A stretch of 64,000 bases of DNA from Escherichia coli. GTDB lineage: Bacteria; Pseudomonadota; Gammaproteobacteria; Enterobacterales; Enterobacteriaceae. Positions 46,836-56,577 of this stretch are shown here, in pieces (position 1 is the stretch's first letter; every line of letters begins with the position of its first letter). The notes under the pieces were generated by a model. It did not search any database and was not told where the DNA came from. It was given only the letters and a program-made list of their open reading frames with translations. Location of the stretch: assembly GCF_003991155.1 (NCBI RefSeq), contig NZ_CP031293.1; one strand, 5' to 3'. Position numbers and translations under genes: made by a program.

Positions 46836-47036
46836 TTTTGCTGTGGCAGTGATATCAGAAAAATCTTCCTGTTTCACATAAAGCGGATATGCGCGTAATG
46901 TAACGGCCCCATCAACTGGGAGCGGATTTGAGCCCGAATGTGTAGGCAATGTCACTTAACGTTTGTCGCATACCTTCCAGAAAAAGCGATTCATGAATAA
47001 TAGGGGCATGAATGCCCGGCGTACCGGGCTTATTAG

Positions 47037-47735
47037 TTAATTTGGTGCTTTAGGGTCAACATTAAAAGTTATATCACCTTCTGTATTTTTCCCGGCATAG
47101 CTAGCGGCTATTCTCGCCAACCCTTTGTAATCAGCAATTCCATCAGACTGTTGCGAGACGACTGAGCTACCAACTTTCCATAACATATTAATCTGCCGAT
47201 TATTGAGATAAGCCTTGGCATCAAACGACTGGAGTATCACCCCTGCGCCGTAGAACGTGTCCGTCACAGTTGTGTTATACGCGCCAGTAATTCCATAAGT
47301 AGGCGTATAAACTGTTGTTGCCGTTCCAGTGGTATTAGCTGTACCGTAGCCACCACCATAACTATTGAACGTGGTGTTCGAGTTTCCGTACGTTGTTGCT
47401 GAGCTCACACCAGTTTGCCCGTATATTGGGATGGTTACATTACGAGTATTTGAAATGGCCCCGCTTCTCAAAAAGTTCAAGAGAATTACCTGGTCAGCCA
47501 ATTTTTCATCTTTAACTTGTGTATATCCTTGGCTTGATAAACTGGCGGCTACTACCGTAGCTATTTGAGTGTATTCAATCTGTTTGGTGTTCCAAAGTTC
47601 TTGGCTTGCGGGGATGATCAAGAACTTCTTACCGACAGATTGCCCGGAAGATAAAGCATTGACCGTTACTAACGGTTTTTGTACGCATCCAGCCAATAAT
47701 GACAGGGATAATATTAAAAGAAGATTTTTAATCAT
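47037..47735 (-). CDS. lipoprotein (232 aa) with Gly/Thr/Tyr-rich central region
   Basis: Lipobox LLAGC in signal peptide MIKNLLLILSLSLLAGCVQ; low-complexity middle; tandem hairpins downstream of the stop. Confidence 0.7.
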   Translation of the reverse strand: MIKNLLLILSLSLLAGCVQKPLVTVNALSSGQSVGKKFLIIPASQELWNTKQIEYTQIATVVAASLSSQGYTQVKDEKLADQVILLNFLRSGAISNTRNVTIPIYGQTGVSSATTYGNSNTTFNSYGGGYGTANTTGTATTVYTPTYGITGAYNTTVTDTFYGAGVILQSFDAKAYLNNRQINMLWKVGSSVVSQQSDGIADYKGLARIAASYAGKNTEGDITFNVDPKAPN

Positions 47736-47885
47736 GATAATCTCACCTAAGAATTGCGTGGTTATAAATTATCATCACTGTAAGCGAATGTAAGCCACAG
47801 GCTCGTAATGTGATATGGAATTTTGATAGTTGGCTCAATATCAGTATGCCGTCCTTGGCTATTATGGTTTTGTTAGTTAGAGCGT

Positions 47886-50612
47886 CTATTCCCATTCGCT
47901 AACATCTTTCATGCCACTGAGGGTAGCTACAATCCCGGCCCTTGTCAGTTTCACGAATTCTTCAGCCCCAACGGCATCACGAATTGCTTTCATGGCAATT
48001 TTATTGGCCGAAAATCGTTTCTCTGCTGCGGCGATCGCTGCTGGTGATGCCCCTGCGCGCACTGCTTTTGTAGCTTCCTGAACGGCTTTCTCTATCGCAT
48101 ATCGACCACTTCTTGTCGCCCCAATCTTAGCCACAGCATTTCTTAGCGCGCCACCAGCAACCAAACCACTAATCGAACCAATTACACCACCGCCAAAGCC
48201 TCCAGCGATCGCACCTGACTGTTGAACTCCGTTCATAATCACGCCGACGATCTTTGGAAGGCCTGAATCGAGCGTTTTGAGAGCCTCAGTTGTTCTTCCC
48301 GTGCGCTCTACGTATCGCTGCGGTCTGGTACTGGCTTTAGCGAGTACACCGAACTCTTTCATCATTCTACCGAGATCTGGCGCATGACGACTGATGGCGT
48401 TTACATTCTGCTGGGTCATGAGCTTGGCAAAATACTGGATACCTGACTCTTCACCGATTCCTCCCTTCTCTCCCTGCGCCACAGCATGCTGAAGAATAGA
48501 TGCTATTGCAGGTTGGCGTTCTGCTTCCGGCAGCGCGGAGATAAGACGGTGAAAAGCTCCCGTTCCAGTGTTTGCGGATGCCTTAAGCGTATCGGCACCT
48601 TTTCTTACCATAGCGTCTGATGCGAGATCTCGACCAAAAACAGATTCGGCATTTTGTTTGGCGATAATGTAACTTTTAGAGAGATCGTTAGCTTTCTGCC
48701 ATTCTGTGAGGAAGTTTCCTTTTTCAGCCATGATGCGCATGTCATCAGTGATAGCTCTGCGCATTTCTCCGGCAATCCGGGCGGCATTGGCCTTACCTGC
48801 CCGGGTGTTTGCTTGTTCAGCATCAGCAAACTTAGCACGCCATGCCTTCATCCCGTCGAAGGTTATGCCGCCACCTTGGTTGTTGGCAGCCTGAAACTGT
48901 TTCATCTCCGGGCTGAGTGGAACATTGGCTGCTTTTTCTGCTTGGACGACAGCCATCCCATTACTCATTTTCATCCTTTCGCGTGGCATCGTGCTTCGCA
49001 GTTCTGCCCATGCCATATTCTCTGCTGTTTTCATATCACTGAGGCTCGCGATGATGCGCTCTTTAATTGCTGCGCTTTTTTCTGATGCGCTTCCAGACTC
49101 AGCACCGAAATCAGACAACTGCTTATTCAACTTTGAGGATATTTCATTGAAGGCCGTAAGGTGAGCATCCTGAACATTCCCAGGAGTTGATGCCAGAACA
49201 CCTTCTGCTTGGGCAATTCCACGACTACCTGAGCGCATTCCAGGCGTCAGGGTGTTGATATTAATACCAGTGATTTTCGCCGCCTTAGCGACATCATCTC
49301 TGACGTTTGATGCCTGCGATGCGATATGCTCTCGGCCTACGGCAGAACGCGCTGCTTTCGATACATCATTGGCGGTTTCCAGAGTATTTGCTGCCCCTAA
49401 CACATGGCCTGATTGATTTGTATTACTCCGCAATACATCTCGCATTACGTCACTGGCTGTCTGTCCGCTCTTTATTAAAGCGCGTGCTCCTAGCGATCCT
49501 GCTAGGCCAATACCTGTCTCTTTTGCTAGGTCTTCTGGGCTGATCTGCCCGTTCTTTTGGGCGTTCACCAATGTACCTGGCAGGTTTTCTGCCAACATAC
49601 TAGCCACCTTTGTGGCCGCACGTTCAGCACGTGGAGCGTTGGCAACTGAAGAAGCTGCGGTAGCTGCCTTTCCTGCACCTAATCCTGTAATAAGGTAAGG
49701 TGCTAGCTGCTCACCAGCCTGCGCGTATGGATCTGTAGGTTGGTCTACTGGGCGAAAGACAGGTGATATGGGCGTGTATGTGCCATCACCCACACCAAGC
49801 TTCTGAGCTGCCCATGCTCCGGCTGATTGCGCCGCATTGACTACCCCCACGCCTGCGTCCATTACATCAAACGGTATATTAGCAATCCCTCTGGCCATCT
49901 GCTCTGGCGCAGCTTTCAGTCCTGGCGAAAGATATTCCATCTCAGGATTAAGGTTAGACTTGGCTACTTGCTGCTGCGGTTCCCCGGCATTTTCATCGGC
50001 GAGAAACTGAGCTCTTTTCTGCTCCCATGAACTGGCTGTTGGTAGTCCTGCTTCTATGTTCTTAAATTGCTGACGTTTTGCTTCCCATGCAGAAATATCT
50101 CCCACCTGAGAGATTTCTTTATCAAGCTCTGAGTAGTCAGGCTGCTGAAGATTGCGATGTTGACTGGTTTGTGCAAACTGCAAGATTTCACTGTCATCAG
50201 GGATTATTCCGGCATCTGCAAATTTACTTACGTAATTAGCCGTTTCATCTGGCAGTGTAGATTTACCGTTTCTGACGGCATTAATACGAGCATAGCCAGA
50301 ATTATACCCAGCCAATGCCATACCTATATCACCAAATCGCTTCATTCCTTTATTGAGATGGTTTGCTGCGATATCCATTTGCTTTTCAAATGGCAGTGAG
50401 CGCGGATCTGTTCCACGATAACCAGCATCACTCATTACTGAGGGCATCAGTTGAGCAAATCCTCTAGCTCCTTTCGGTGACTCGGCACTTCCGTTACCAC
50501 TAGATTCATTGCCAACTAATGTTTCCATCGTCCCTGATGGGAAACCATATTTTTCATCGAGATGACGGGAATAGGCTTTCTGTTTTTCTGTCAGTTGTGC
50601 CATCATTGCCAT
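47886..50612 (-). CDS. large protein (908 aa) with N-terminal lytic transglycosylase (SLT) domain and long alpha-helical Ala/Lys-rich body
   Basis: SLT motifs near N-terminus (GNESSGN...ESPKGARGFAQLMP...ALAGYNSGYARI); start overlaps upstream gene stop. Confidence 0.8.
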   Translation of the reverse strand: MAMMAQLTEKQKAYSRHLDEKYGFPSGTMETLVGNESSGNGSAESPKGARGFAQLMPSVMSDAGYRGTDPRSLPFEKQMDIAANHLNKGMKRFGDIGMALAGYNSGYARINAVRNGKSTLPDETANYVSKFADAGIIPDDSEILQFAQTSQHRNLQQPDYSELDKEISQVGDISAWEAKRQQFKNIEAGLPTASSWEQKRAQFLADENAGEPQQQVAKSNLNPEMEYLSPGLKAAPEQMARGIANIPFDVMDAGVGVVNAAQSAGAWAAQKLGVGDGTYTPISPVFRPVDQPTDPYAQAGEQLAPYLITGLGAGKAATAASSVANAPRAERAATKVASMLAENLPGTLVNAQKNGQISPEDLAKETGIGLAGSLGARALIKSGQTASDVMRDVLRSNTNQSGHVLGAANTLETANDVSKAARSAVGREHIASQASNVRDDVAKAAKITGININTLTPGMRSGSRGIAQAEGVLASTPGNVQDAHLTAFNEISSKLNKQLSDFGAESGSASEKSAAIKERIIASLSDMKTAENMAWAELRSTMPRERMKMSNGMAVVQAEKAANVPLSPEMKQFQAANNQGGGITFDGMKAWRAKFADAEQANTRAGKANAARIAGEMRRAITDDMRIMAEKGNFLTEWQKANDLSKSYIIAKQNAESVFGRDLASDAMVRKGADTLKASANTGTGAFHRLISALPEAERQPAIASILQHAVAQGEKGGIGEESGIQYFAKLMTQQNVNAISRHAPDLGRMMKEFGVLAKASTRPQRYVERTGRTTEALKTLDSGLPKIVGVIMNGVQQSGAIAGGFGGGVIGSISGLVAGGALRNAVAKIGATRSGRYAIEKAVQEATKAVRAGASPAAIAAAEKRFSANKIAMKAIRDAVGAEEFVKLTRAGIVATLSGMKDVSEWE

Positions 50613-51922
50613 CCCTTAAGTTTTGCCTGATAGTAACTTTCCGGCAGATAGCCATGTGCGGTCACATAATCCTTAACCAGTGAAGGATCCTGCAACAGCA
50701 TTTTGGTATCAGTTTCTTCGTCCTTAGATTTGGTTACAGGAATACCGAGCCCGGCAATCTGTCGTTTCTGCATTCGAATAATTACGTCCTGCGCTTTATT
50801 CAACTCTCGCAAAAATGCCTCATTGCTGGTTGCTGACTTAATGCCATTTTGAGATTGCATAAGGGCAGCCCTTTCCCCTTCGGTTGGGTTAGAGCCAAAA
50901 GTCCCTTTGAGGCTAGGCAGAATAACCTTTAGGTTGTATTCATCAGCTTTGGCGCGTAGGCTTCGTGTGTCTTCTGCTACATCAGGAAGGAATCCAAACC
51001 CCAGCGTCAGGGGGTTATAGTTCTGCGAGCGGGTAACGGCCGAAGGATGTTTCCCTACAATTCCCGCCAGTTCATGACCCACTTCAAGCGCAGAGTTCAA
51101 GGAGTCGATGTTACCTACAACAGTATTAATTTTATCGTTCATCTTCTCCACTTTCGCCTGCTGTACCTTGCTCAGTTCAGCATTGAGCTTGTCTCTCTCG
51201 ATGTCATTTTGAGCACGTCCAAGTCGTGCTTTCAGAACCATTTCTCTCGTGCGTAGTTGGTTATCGGATAGGACTTTGAACTGCTCCATATCGAGACGTC
51301 GATTACCCTGTTCCGCATTAACCTGAGCATTATATGCGGATGTATCTGCGTTCTGCTGTGCAATGCTCTGCCCTTGCTGCTTCTCTTGAACACTAAAGTA
51401 ACTATTTGGATCAGCATGGAGGTGGATGAGGTCAGTGATTCTGTTGAATTCCTGTGGGTCATTCTGCCAAGACTGATAAACCTCTTCAGCAGGAAGACCA
51501 AATCGCTGTAATACTGGATTTGCCTGCTGAATGGCCTTCTGCATGGTCAGTGGATCTCCAGTTTGTGACGCAAGACGCAGATTCATGGCAGCGTCAGCGG
51601 TCTGTCGATTTTGCTCAGCATCAATGAATCCCATCTGTTTTTGAGAATCAGCCATAAACTGGGGATACTGGGCCATTAACTTCTGCACGCCAACACGATC
51701 ATTATTAGCTACCGCACTACCCAACCGTGCCTGATATTCTTTTAACTGCTGGGAAATTTGCGCCTGCTGATTAATCTCAGCAACGCCTCTTAGCCCCTGT
51801 AGCGCCATTAAACCTACGTTTGGCTGCTGCTGATACTGCACAGGCTGAGGAACGGAAGAACGAGGAGCATTATCATTTTGCGGTGCCATGCTAGGCAGCC
51901 CGCCAAGTTGCCATGTCGCCAT
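50603..51922 (-). CDS. Gln-rich coiled-coil protein (439 aa), co-transcribed with the SLT protein
   Basis: Long ORF, translationally coupled on both sides; Q/A/N-rich helical composition. Confidence 0.7.
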   Translation of the reverse strand: MATWQLGGLPSMAPQNDNAPRSSVPQPVQYQQQPNVGLMALQGLRGVAEINQQAQISQQLKEYQARLGSAVANNDRVGVQKLMAQYPQFMADSQKQMGFIDAEQNRQTADAAMNLRLASQTGDPLTMQKAIQQANPVLQRFGLPAEEVYQSWQNDPQEFNRITDLIHLHADPNSYFSVQEKQQGQSIAQQNADTSAYNAQVNAEQGNRRLDMEQFKVLSDNQLRTREMVLKARLGRAQNDIERDKLNAELSKVQQAKVEKMNDKINTVVGNIDSLNSALEVGHELAGIVGKHPSAVTRSQNYNPLTLGFGFLPDVAEDTRSLRAKADEYNLKVILPSLKGTFGSNPTEGERAALMQSQNGIKSATSNEAFLRELNKAQDVIIRMQKRQIAGLGIPVTKSKDEETDTKMLLQDPSLVKDYVTAHGYLPESYYQAKLKGWQ

Positions 51923-52599
51923 TAGAATCCAAGCCCCCCAACAAGACCAATAAGCCCACCACCAATAGCGCCGGCCGCAGTTCCTATTCCAGGAACAACG
52001 GAACCAAGTTGCGCACCCGCTAAAGCGCCTGATGCTGCCCCACCAATACCACGCGCAAGACTGGATGGCTGCTGCGCCTGACCTGCACGAATAGCGCCAA
52101 GCCCCTGCAAGAGTTGTCCGGTATTATTGGCGTAGTTTTGCCCTGCCGTTGCCTGCCCTGATGCCGCATTCATCCCGACATTTAGCAGGTTTCCATAATT
52201 TTGCATTTGCCCACTAAGCCAATTGTTATAAAGCATGGGCGCAATGGAAGATAACTGGTTACTGGTAGCTGTTGAGCCAAGCCCCCCGGTAGCTTCTGCT
52301 GAGACAAGGTTCTGATAACGGGCCTGATCTGCCTGTGTTTTATATAAACCAGAACCAAAGAAATCATTCGCGGCTTTATTCTGCCCTTCCAGAGTCATCA
52401 GTCCTTGCAGTTGTTGTAAAGCAGGCAATCCGACTTCTGCATACGGCTTGAGATTATTCATCACCGTATTCCACTGCTCGCGCTGCAAATCAATTGCCTG
52501 CTGCTGGGCCTTCGCCTGAGCTTTAGAGGCACCACCATCACCGCCTTTTTCGTATACGGCACGATTGAGATGTTTATGAGCTATATGGGTAATTAACAT
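51922..52599 (-). CDS. Gly-rich protein (225 aa) with C-terminal Gly/Ala hydrophobic tail
   Basis: C-terminus GIGGAASGALAGAQLGSVVPGIGTAAGAIGGGLIGLVGGLGF; coupled to neighbours. Confidence 0.65.
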   Translation of the reverse strand: MLITHIAHKHLNRAVYEKGGDGGASKAQAKAQQQAIDLQREQWNTVMNNLKPYAEVGLPALQQLQGLMTLEGQNKAANDFFGSGLYKTQADQARYQNLVSAEATGGLGSTATSNQLSSIAPMLYNNWLSGQMQNYGNLLNVGMNAASGQATAGQNYANNTGQLLQGLGAIRAGQAQQPSSLARGIGGAASGALAGAQLGSVVPGIGTAAGAIGGGLIGLVGGLGF

Positions 52600-53054
52600 T
52601 CGCTGAATTCCTTATATTGTTGCCGAGTTAACTGATAAAGCGTTACGCCGACGGGTTTACCACATCTGATATAAGCATCATCAAGGTGACCAACACGGGT
52701 AGCGCCAAGCAAACGGATAATTGCCCGTCCATATTTTGTGGTGTCAGGAACCATAGTGATGCTGTTAAGGAATGGTGAGTTTTCGAGAAGCCATTTGCAG
52801 AATAATCGATGCCCTTGCAGTGCATATTCACCACGGAATCCGGGGTCGTACACCGCATGGCATTCAACAACGCTATGCCAGAAGTTACGCACTTCATGAA
52901 CGCCAGCCAGCACTAATCCTTCGTAGATGCCGAGATATACCGCATCAGGCTTGATGTAGTACGTGTGCCCCGGCTCAACAATATTTTCGGTATTGCCTGG
53001 CTCGTTAAGAAAGGCCTGTAATCGCACAGGGTTATCAATAAATTTTAGTTCCAT
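52593..53054 (-). CDS. hypothetical protein (153 aa), first large gene of the SLT operon
   Basis: ORF overlapping the downstream gene start; no recognised motif. Confidence 0.6.
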   Translation of the reverse strand: MELKFIDNPVRLQAFLNEPGNTENIVEPGHTYYIKPDAVYLGIYEGLVLAGVHEVRNFWHSVVECHAVYDPGFRGEYALQGHRLFCKWLLENSPFLNSITMVPDTTKYGRAIIRLLGATRVGHLDDAYIRCGKPVGVTLYQLTRQQYKEFSEC

Positions 53055-53070
53055 GCGATGCCATCCATTT

Positions 53071-53232
53071 TCACATACAGCCTGCCAGCGCCTTATCTAT
53101 TAACCCTCGTGCAATTTCATGCAGAGTTGGCGCTACTCCAATTCCTGATTTTTTACGCTGCTCTTCCTGAATTTTCTTTATCGCTTCCATTTGCTTCTCA
53201 CTTATCAATACCGGCTTTACTGAAATAGCCAT
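53071..53232 (-). CDS. small putative DNA-binding protein (53 aa, possibly ribbon-helix-helix)
   Basis: ORF 53071-53361; start placed at MAISVKPVL with GGGGG SD 4-5 nt upstream; LexA-like box just upstream. Confidence 0.45.
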   Translation of the reverse strand: MAISVKPVLISEKQMEAIKKIQEEQRKKSGIGVAPTLHEIARGLIDKALAGCM

Positions 53233-53248
53233 AACGCCCCCCTTAGAA

Positions 53249-53264
53249 CTGTATAAAACAACAG
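53249..53264. promoter_or_regulatory. candidate LexA (SOS) box CTGTATAAAACAACAG
   Basis: CTGT-N8-ACAG with AT-rich centre; about 17 bp upstream of the 53-aa gene start; nearby TATAAT-like hexamer on the minus strand. Confidence 0.5.
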
Positions 53265-53681
53265 TTATTATAGTTTCACAAATCGCAATATTCATCATCG
53301 TAATTGCAAAATATGAAACAAATAGCACAAAAAAATGCCACCGCTCAGTAGCTGGTGGCATCGTTCTGTGTGTCAGGTTTTGACAGGTTTTTTATGGACT
53401 CTAAAAACTATATTTATGGTATCGCATTACTCTTCACGGCAGGTGCTTTTCAGTTCTGCCCTTGCTTCTGGCTCCATTGGTAATTTGATTCGCGATCAGC
53501 TATGCGGATGGTTTGCTGAACAGGCATAACAACTTCTCAGAGGCTGTTTTTTGAACTACGAAAATTTCGTAGTGCTCACTTTCAAAAACGTCACGCCCTT
53601 GTACACAGGATTTTACGAAAGTCTCGTAAAACACTCTCTGATGCCAGCCAGGTGTTGTGCGCATCAATTCAGTCACATTGT

Positions 53682-53792
53682 GTCGGTTCAAAATACCGTG
53701 TTGTTGGTTCAGTGTTGGTTCAATAAAAAGAATAAAATCCTTATAAAACAATACACTTTACAAATTGAACCAACTGAACCAACTGAACCAAC
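53682..53792. repeat. iteron module B: inverted, diverged copy of module A
   Basis: GTCGGTTCA 53682-90, GTTGGTTCA 53704-12 and 53714-22, then tandem TGAACCAAC at 53766-74, 53775-83, 53784-92; spacer begins with reverse complement of the module A spacer (ATTTGTAAAG). Confidence 0.7.
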
Positions 53793-53817
53793 ACCTTTTC
53801 TACGCACATGAAGAAGC

Positions 53818-56577
53818 TCATTCTTCAGATGAGTTATAATCTCCTGGCTGGTAATTGAGTACATAAACGTTTATTTGTCGTCCCTGAATACGTGGTGATT
53901 TTCTTTGGTATCCACGACCGCTGTTTGGTGGGGTTAGCATCCCGGCTTTTTTCAACACTTCAGCAAACTGTTTTGCGTTGAAACCACATGCGATCTCCTT
54001 TTCAAATGTGGCCGGGAATGTGTAGAAAATCATTGGGCTTTCGTCATGTTCTCCACGCTGACGGTATCCGGCTAAATCTTTGATGGGCAAATCTGCCGGG
54101 CTGTATGGAAATGGTGCAAAACGGCTAAGCCCATAGGCATTAAGAAATGCCTCCGTTTGTTCAATAATCTGCTGATGCTCTTTGTTACCTGTGCCGAACT
54201 CGCGCAACCATGCGTTATAGCTGTGCTGTATCGCATCACGGCATGTCTGAGCATCCCAGCCTGTTACAACCTCGCCTAACAACAATGCGGCCTCCAGAAT
54301 GGCAAATCGCGCGGCTACACGGTGAACCTGCTCACCATAATCGGATGGGATCAGGCTTCTCCATCTGCTTTCGCAATCACGAACGGTTTTAATAGCCTGT
54401 TGCTGGTGGTGTGCCAGCCATTTAATCCACTCACGCCCGGACGCGCCGTGGTGATGCTGGTAAGCGTCTTTCAGTGCGTCTGCGTGCTGTTTTCCGTTCT
54501 GGTAATCGTGAAAGCGTACTGCTTTACTCAACGGAATATTCAGCAGTCGCACCAGTTGCCCGGCTTTGGTTTTTCGCCCGGAAGTAGCGATAAATGTTTC
54601 TAAATCCATTTCTCCGGTGCTGATTGCCACTGTACGCCAGCGTTTTAGATCCCGGTTTCCACCATCTTTAGCGCCTTGCAGTTTCCCTACACCGTTAAAT
54701 AACGCATAGGCAGACTGTGAAACGCTGACAGGATCAGCGCCCTGACCAACTTCATCAAGCGGCATTAGTCCGTCATTGTGGGCGGCGGCCTCATTTGCCA
54801 GCCCCAGCGCGGTTCCGTACCACGTCAGCCGCAGTAAATCAGGGTTGCCGTATAAGCTGCTCGCCACGTTTGCCGTGGTGGTCTTACCTGCGCTCGACTG
54901 CTCATAGAAATGAATGCCGAACCCGTCAGCGCCCACCAGCCCAATCAATGGCGCTGCCAGTGCTGCGCCGATCCCGGTCATCATTGAATAGTTACCAAAG
55001 GCCAGACGCGCCACGTTATCACGCCAGCTTTTCGCGCTCCCTGAGACGGTATATCCGGCTGCGGCTGAGCTTCTCCCGCTGAACAGCACAGGATTTTCAG
55101 GTGTTCCGATGATTTCCCCATCAGGCATGATGTACGCTCCGCATTGCCAGCCAGTGGCATGAGCAACACGCCACAATTCACGAGAGCCACTGCGTTGTAG
55201 CCAGTCTGCCAGTATTGCTCTGAGGCTGCTTTTGGTCGTGACATTTACCCCACCAGCTTTAAGTGTGCGCCATCCTTCACGTTCACCAATATCAGCCAGT
55301 GGAATGGCAGCGGTTGTCGGCGTTTCAGAACCAAACGACAGCCAGCGAAGAATGAGATACTGGTCTTTATCGTCTCTGCCAGTACCGATAACGCTTAACG
55401 GAGAACATAACCAGCTTTCGTTATTGATGATTTCTCCACTCTGGCTGTCAGCTCTCGGAGATACCCAATAAATACCATCCTCGCGGCTTTCTATTCTTGG
55501 TTTCAGTGGGTCGGTATCCATAACCTTAAAATCGCTTCCCTCAATGGTCTGTGGCTCCTGTTTCACGCCATTACCCTGTGGTTGGTACATTGACTTATTG
55601 AACGCTTCTGTGGCGCATTTAATGCCGTGTTTTTGGTGGTAATCATTCCAGTCTGCTTTGTGATCTGTCGGGGGTAATGCCACCCATCCAGAAACAGATA
55701 AAGCTGCTTTTTCTGCTGCTATTCTCCCCGTGTTTTGTCTTCCTTCGCTGTGGTCGTTATCCGCAGCAATGATGATTTGTGCTGAAGGAAATTTATCCCG
55801 CAGTACCTGGGCGACATATAACAGGTTCCCGGCATCAATCGCCGCCACTGTCAGCGCCTCTGGACGAATTAAATGGGCAGATAATGCCGTTGCCAGACCT
55901 TCTGCGATTAAGATGCTCTGTGTTGTTTCTGGTGCGTTTATGGCGTGATATGCCCCCCGCTTTGCTGAACCTGTCAGGAGTCTTTTTTCACCATGTGAGG
56001 TAATAGTCTGTGCTGCTGTGACTGCGCCGGATTTATCCACCAGCGCCAGCAACAGAGATCCATCGGGCAACACGGGGAATGTAAAATCACCTACCCCTTT
56101 CGCAACCAGATAATCAGATTTGCCGTTTACAGCCTTTCTGCGCATGTCATCAAACTGACGGGAAAACGTATCCCGTCTTTGTTGTTCGTCCTTCTCTGCC
56201 CTTTTCAGGCGCTCCTGTTCGCGTCGCTGGCGCTCGGTTTCCAGTTGTTCCCGTTTCTGGCTGGTGGCTTCTGGTGTTTCCGTTGTCCGGTAATCAATAC
56301 CCAGAACATCAGCGGCAAGAAGCGCCGCCTCTGTTGTGTCGCAGTTATTTACGCGTTTAATTAAATCCAGCCCATCACCAGCGCCGCACTGATTACAGAT
56401 GAAGCTACCGCGCCCGTTGTCATCGAACCGGAATCGATCTTTGCCCCCACATGCAGGGCAGGGAGCATGACGGCGCGGAGAGTCAGGGACATTTATGTTC
56501 AGGCAGCCCAGCACATGAGGCCAGTTGTTTTCAGACGCACTGATAACCTGACGGATAAGATCAATGTTTCGCATCAC
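53818..56577 (-). CDS. primase-helicase (P4 alpha-like): N-terminal zinc-ribbon primase plus C-terminal P-loop helicase/NTPase
   Basis: 919 aa; zinc ribbon CPACGGKDRFRFDD...CNQCGAGDG; Walker A YEQSSAGKTTT. Confidence 0.85.
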   Translation of the reverse strand: MMRNIDLIRQVISASENNWPHVLGCLNINVPDSPRRHAPCPACGGKDRFRFDDNGRGSFICNQCGAGDGLDLIKRVNNCDTTEAALLAADVLGIDYRTTETPEATSQKREQLETERQRREQERLKRAEKDEQQRRDTFSRQFDDMRRKAVNGKSDYLVAKGVGDFTFPVLPDGSLLLALVDKSGAVTAAQTITSHGEKRLLTGSAKRGAYHAINAPETTQSILIAEGLATALSAHLIRPEALTVAAIDAGNLLYVAQVLRDKFPSAQIIIAADNDHSEGRQNTGRIAAEKAALSVSGWVALPPTDHKADWNDYHQKHGIKCATEAFNKSMYQPQGNGVKQEPQTIEGSDFKVMDTDPLKPRIESREDGIYWVSPRADSQSGEIINNESWLCSPLSVIGTGRDDKDQYLILRWLSFGSETPTTAAIPLADIGEREGWRTLKAGGVNVTTKSSLRAILADWLQRSGSRELWRVAHATGWQCGAYIMPDGEIIGTPENPVLFSGRSSAAAGYTVSGSAKSWRDNVARLAFGNYSMMTGIGAALAAPLIGLVGADGFGIHFYEQSSAGKTTTANVASSLYGNPDLLRLTWYGTALGLANEAAAHNDGLMPLDEVGQGADPVSVSQSAYALFNGVGKLQGAKDGGNRDLKRWRTVAISTGEMDLETFIATSGRKTKAGQLVRLLNIPLSKAVRFHDYQNGKQHADALKDAYQHHHGASGREWIKWLAHHQQQAIKTVRDCESRWRSLIPSDYGEQVHRVAARFAILEAALLLGEVVTGWDAQTCRDAIQHSYNAWLREFGTGNKEHQQIIEQTEAFLNAYGLSRFAPFPYSPADLPIKDLAGYRQRGEHDESPMIFYTFPATFEKEIACGFNAKQFAEVLKKAGMLTPPNSGRGYQRKSPRIQGRQINVYVLNYQPGDYNSSEE

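Noticed and set aside
48605-50399. Multiple 60-140-aa ORFs in both strands inside the 908-aa SLT gene
   Set aside because: All are embedded in the long coupled operon gene; no independent start signals.
47886-50612. Interpretation of the 908-aa SLT protein as a tail tape-measure protein of a siphovirus or myovirus prophage
   Set aside because: No tail tube, sheath, baseplate, capsid or terminase genes anywhere in the island, and the SLT domain is N-terminal; kept instead as an ejection-protein-like candidate with low certainty.
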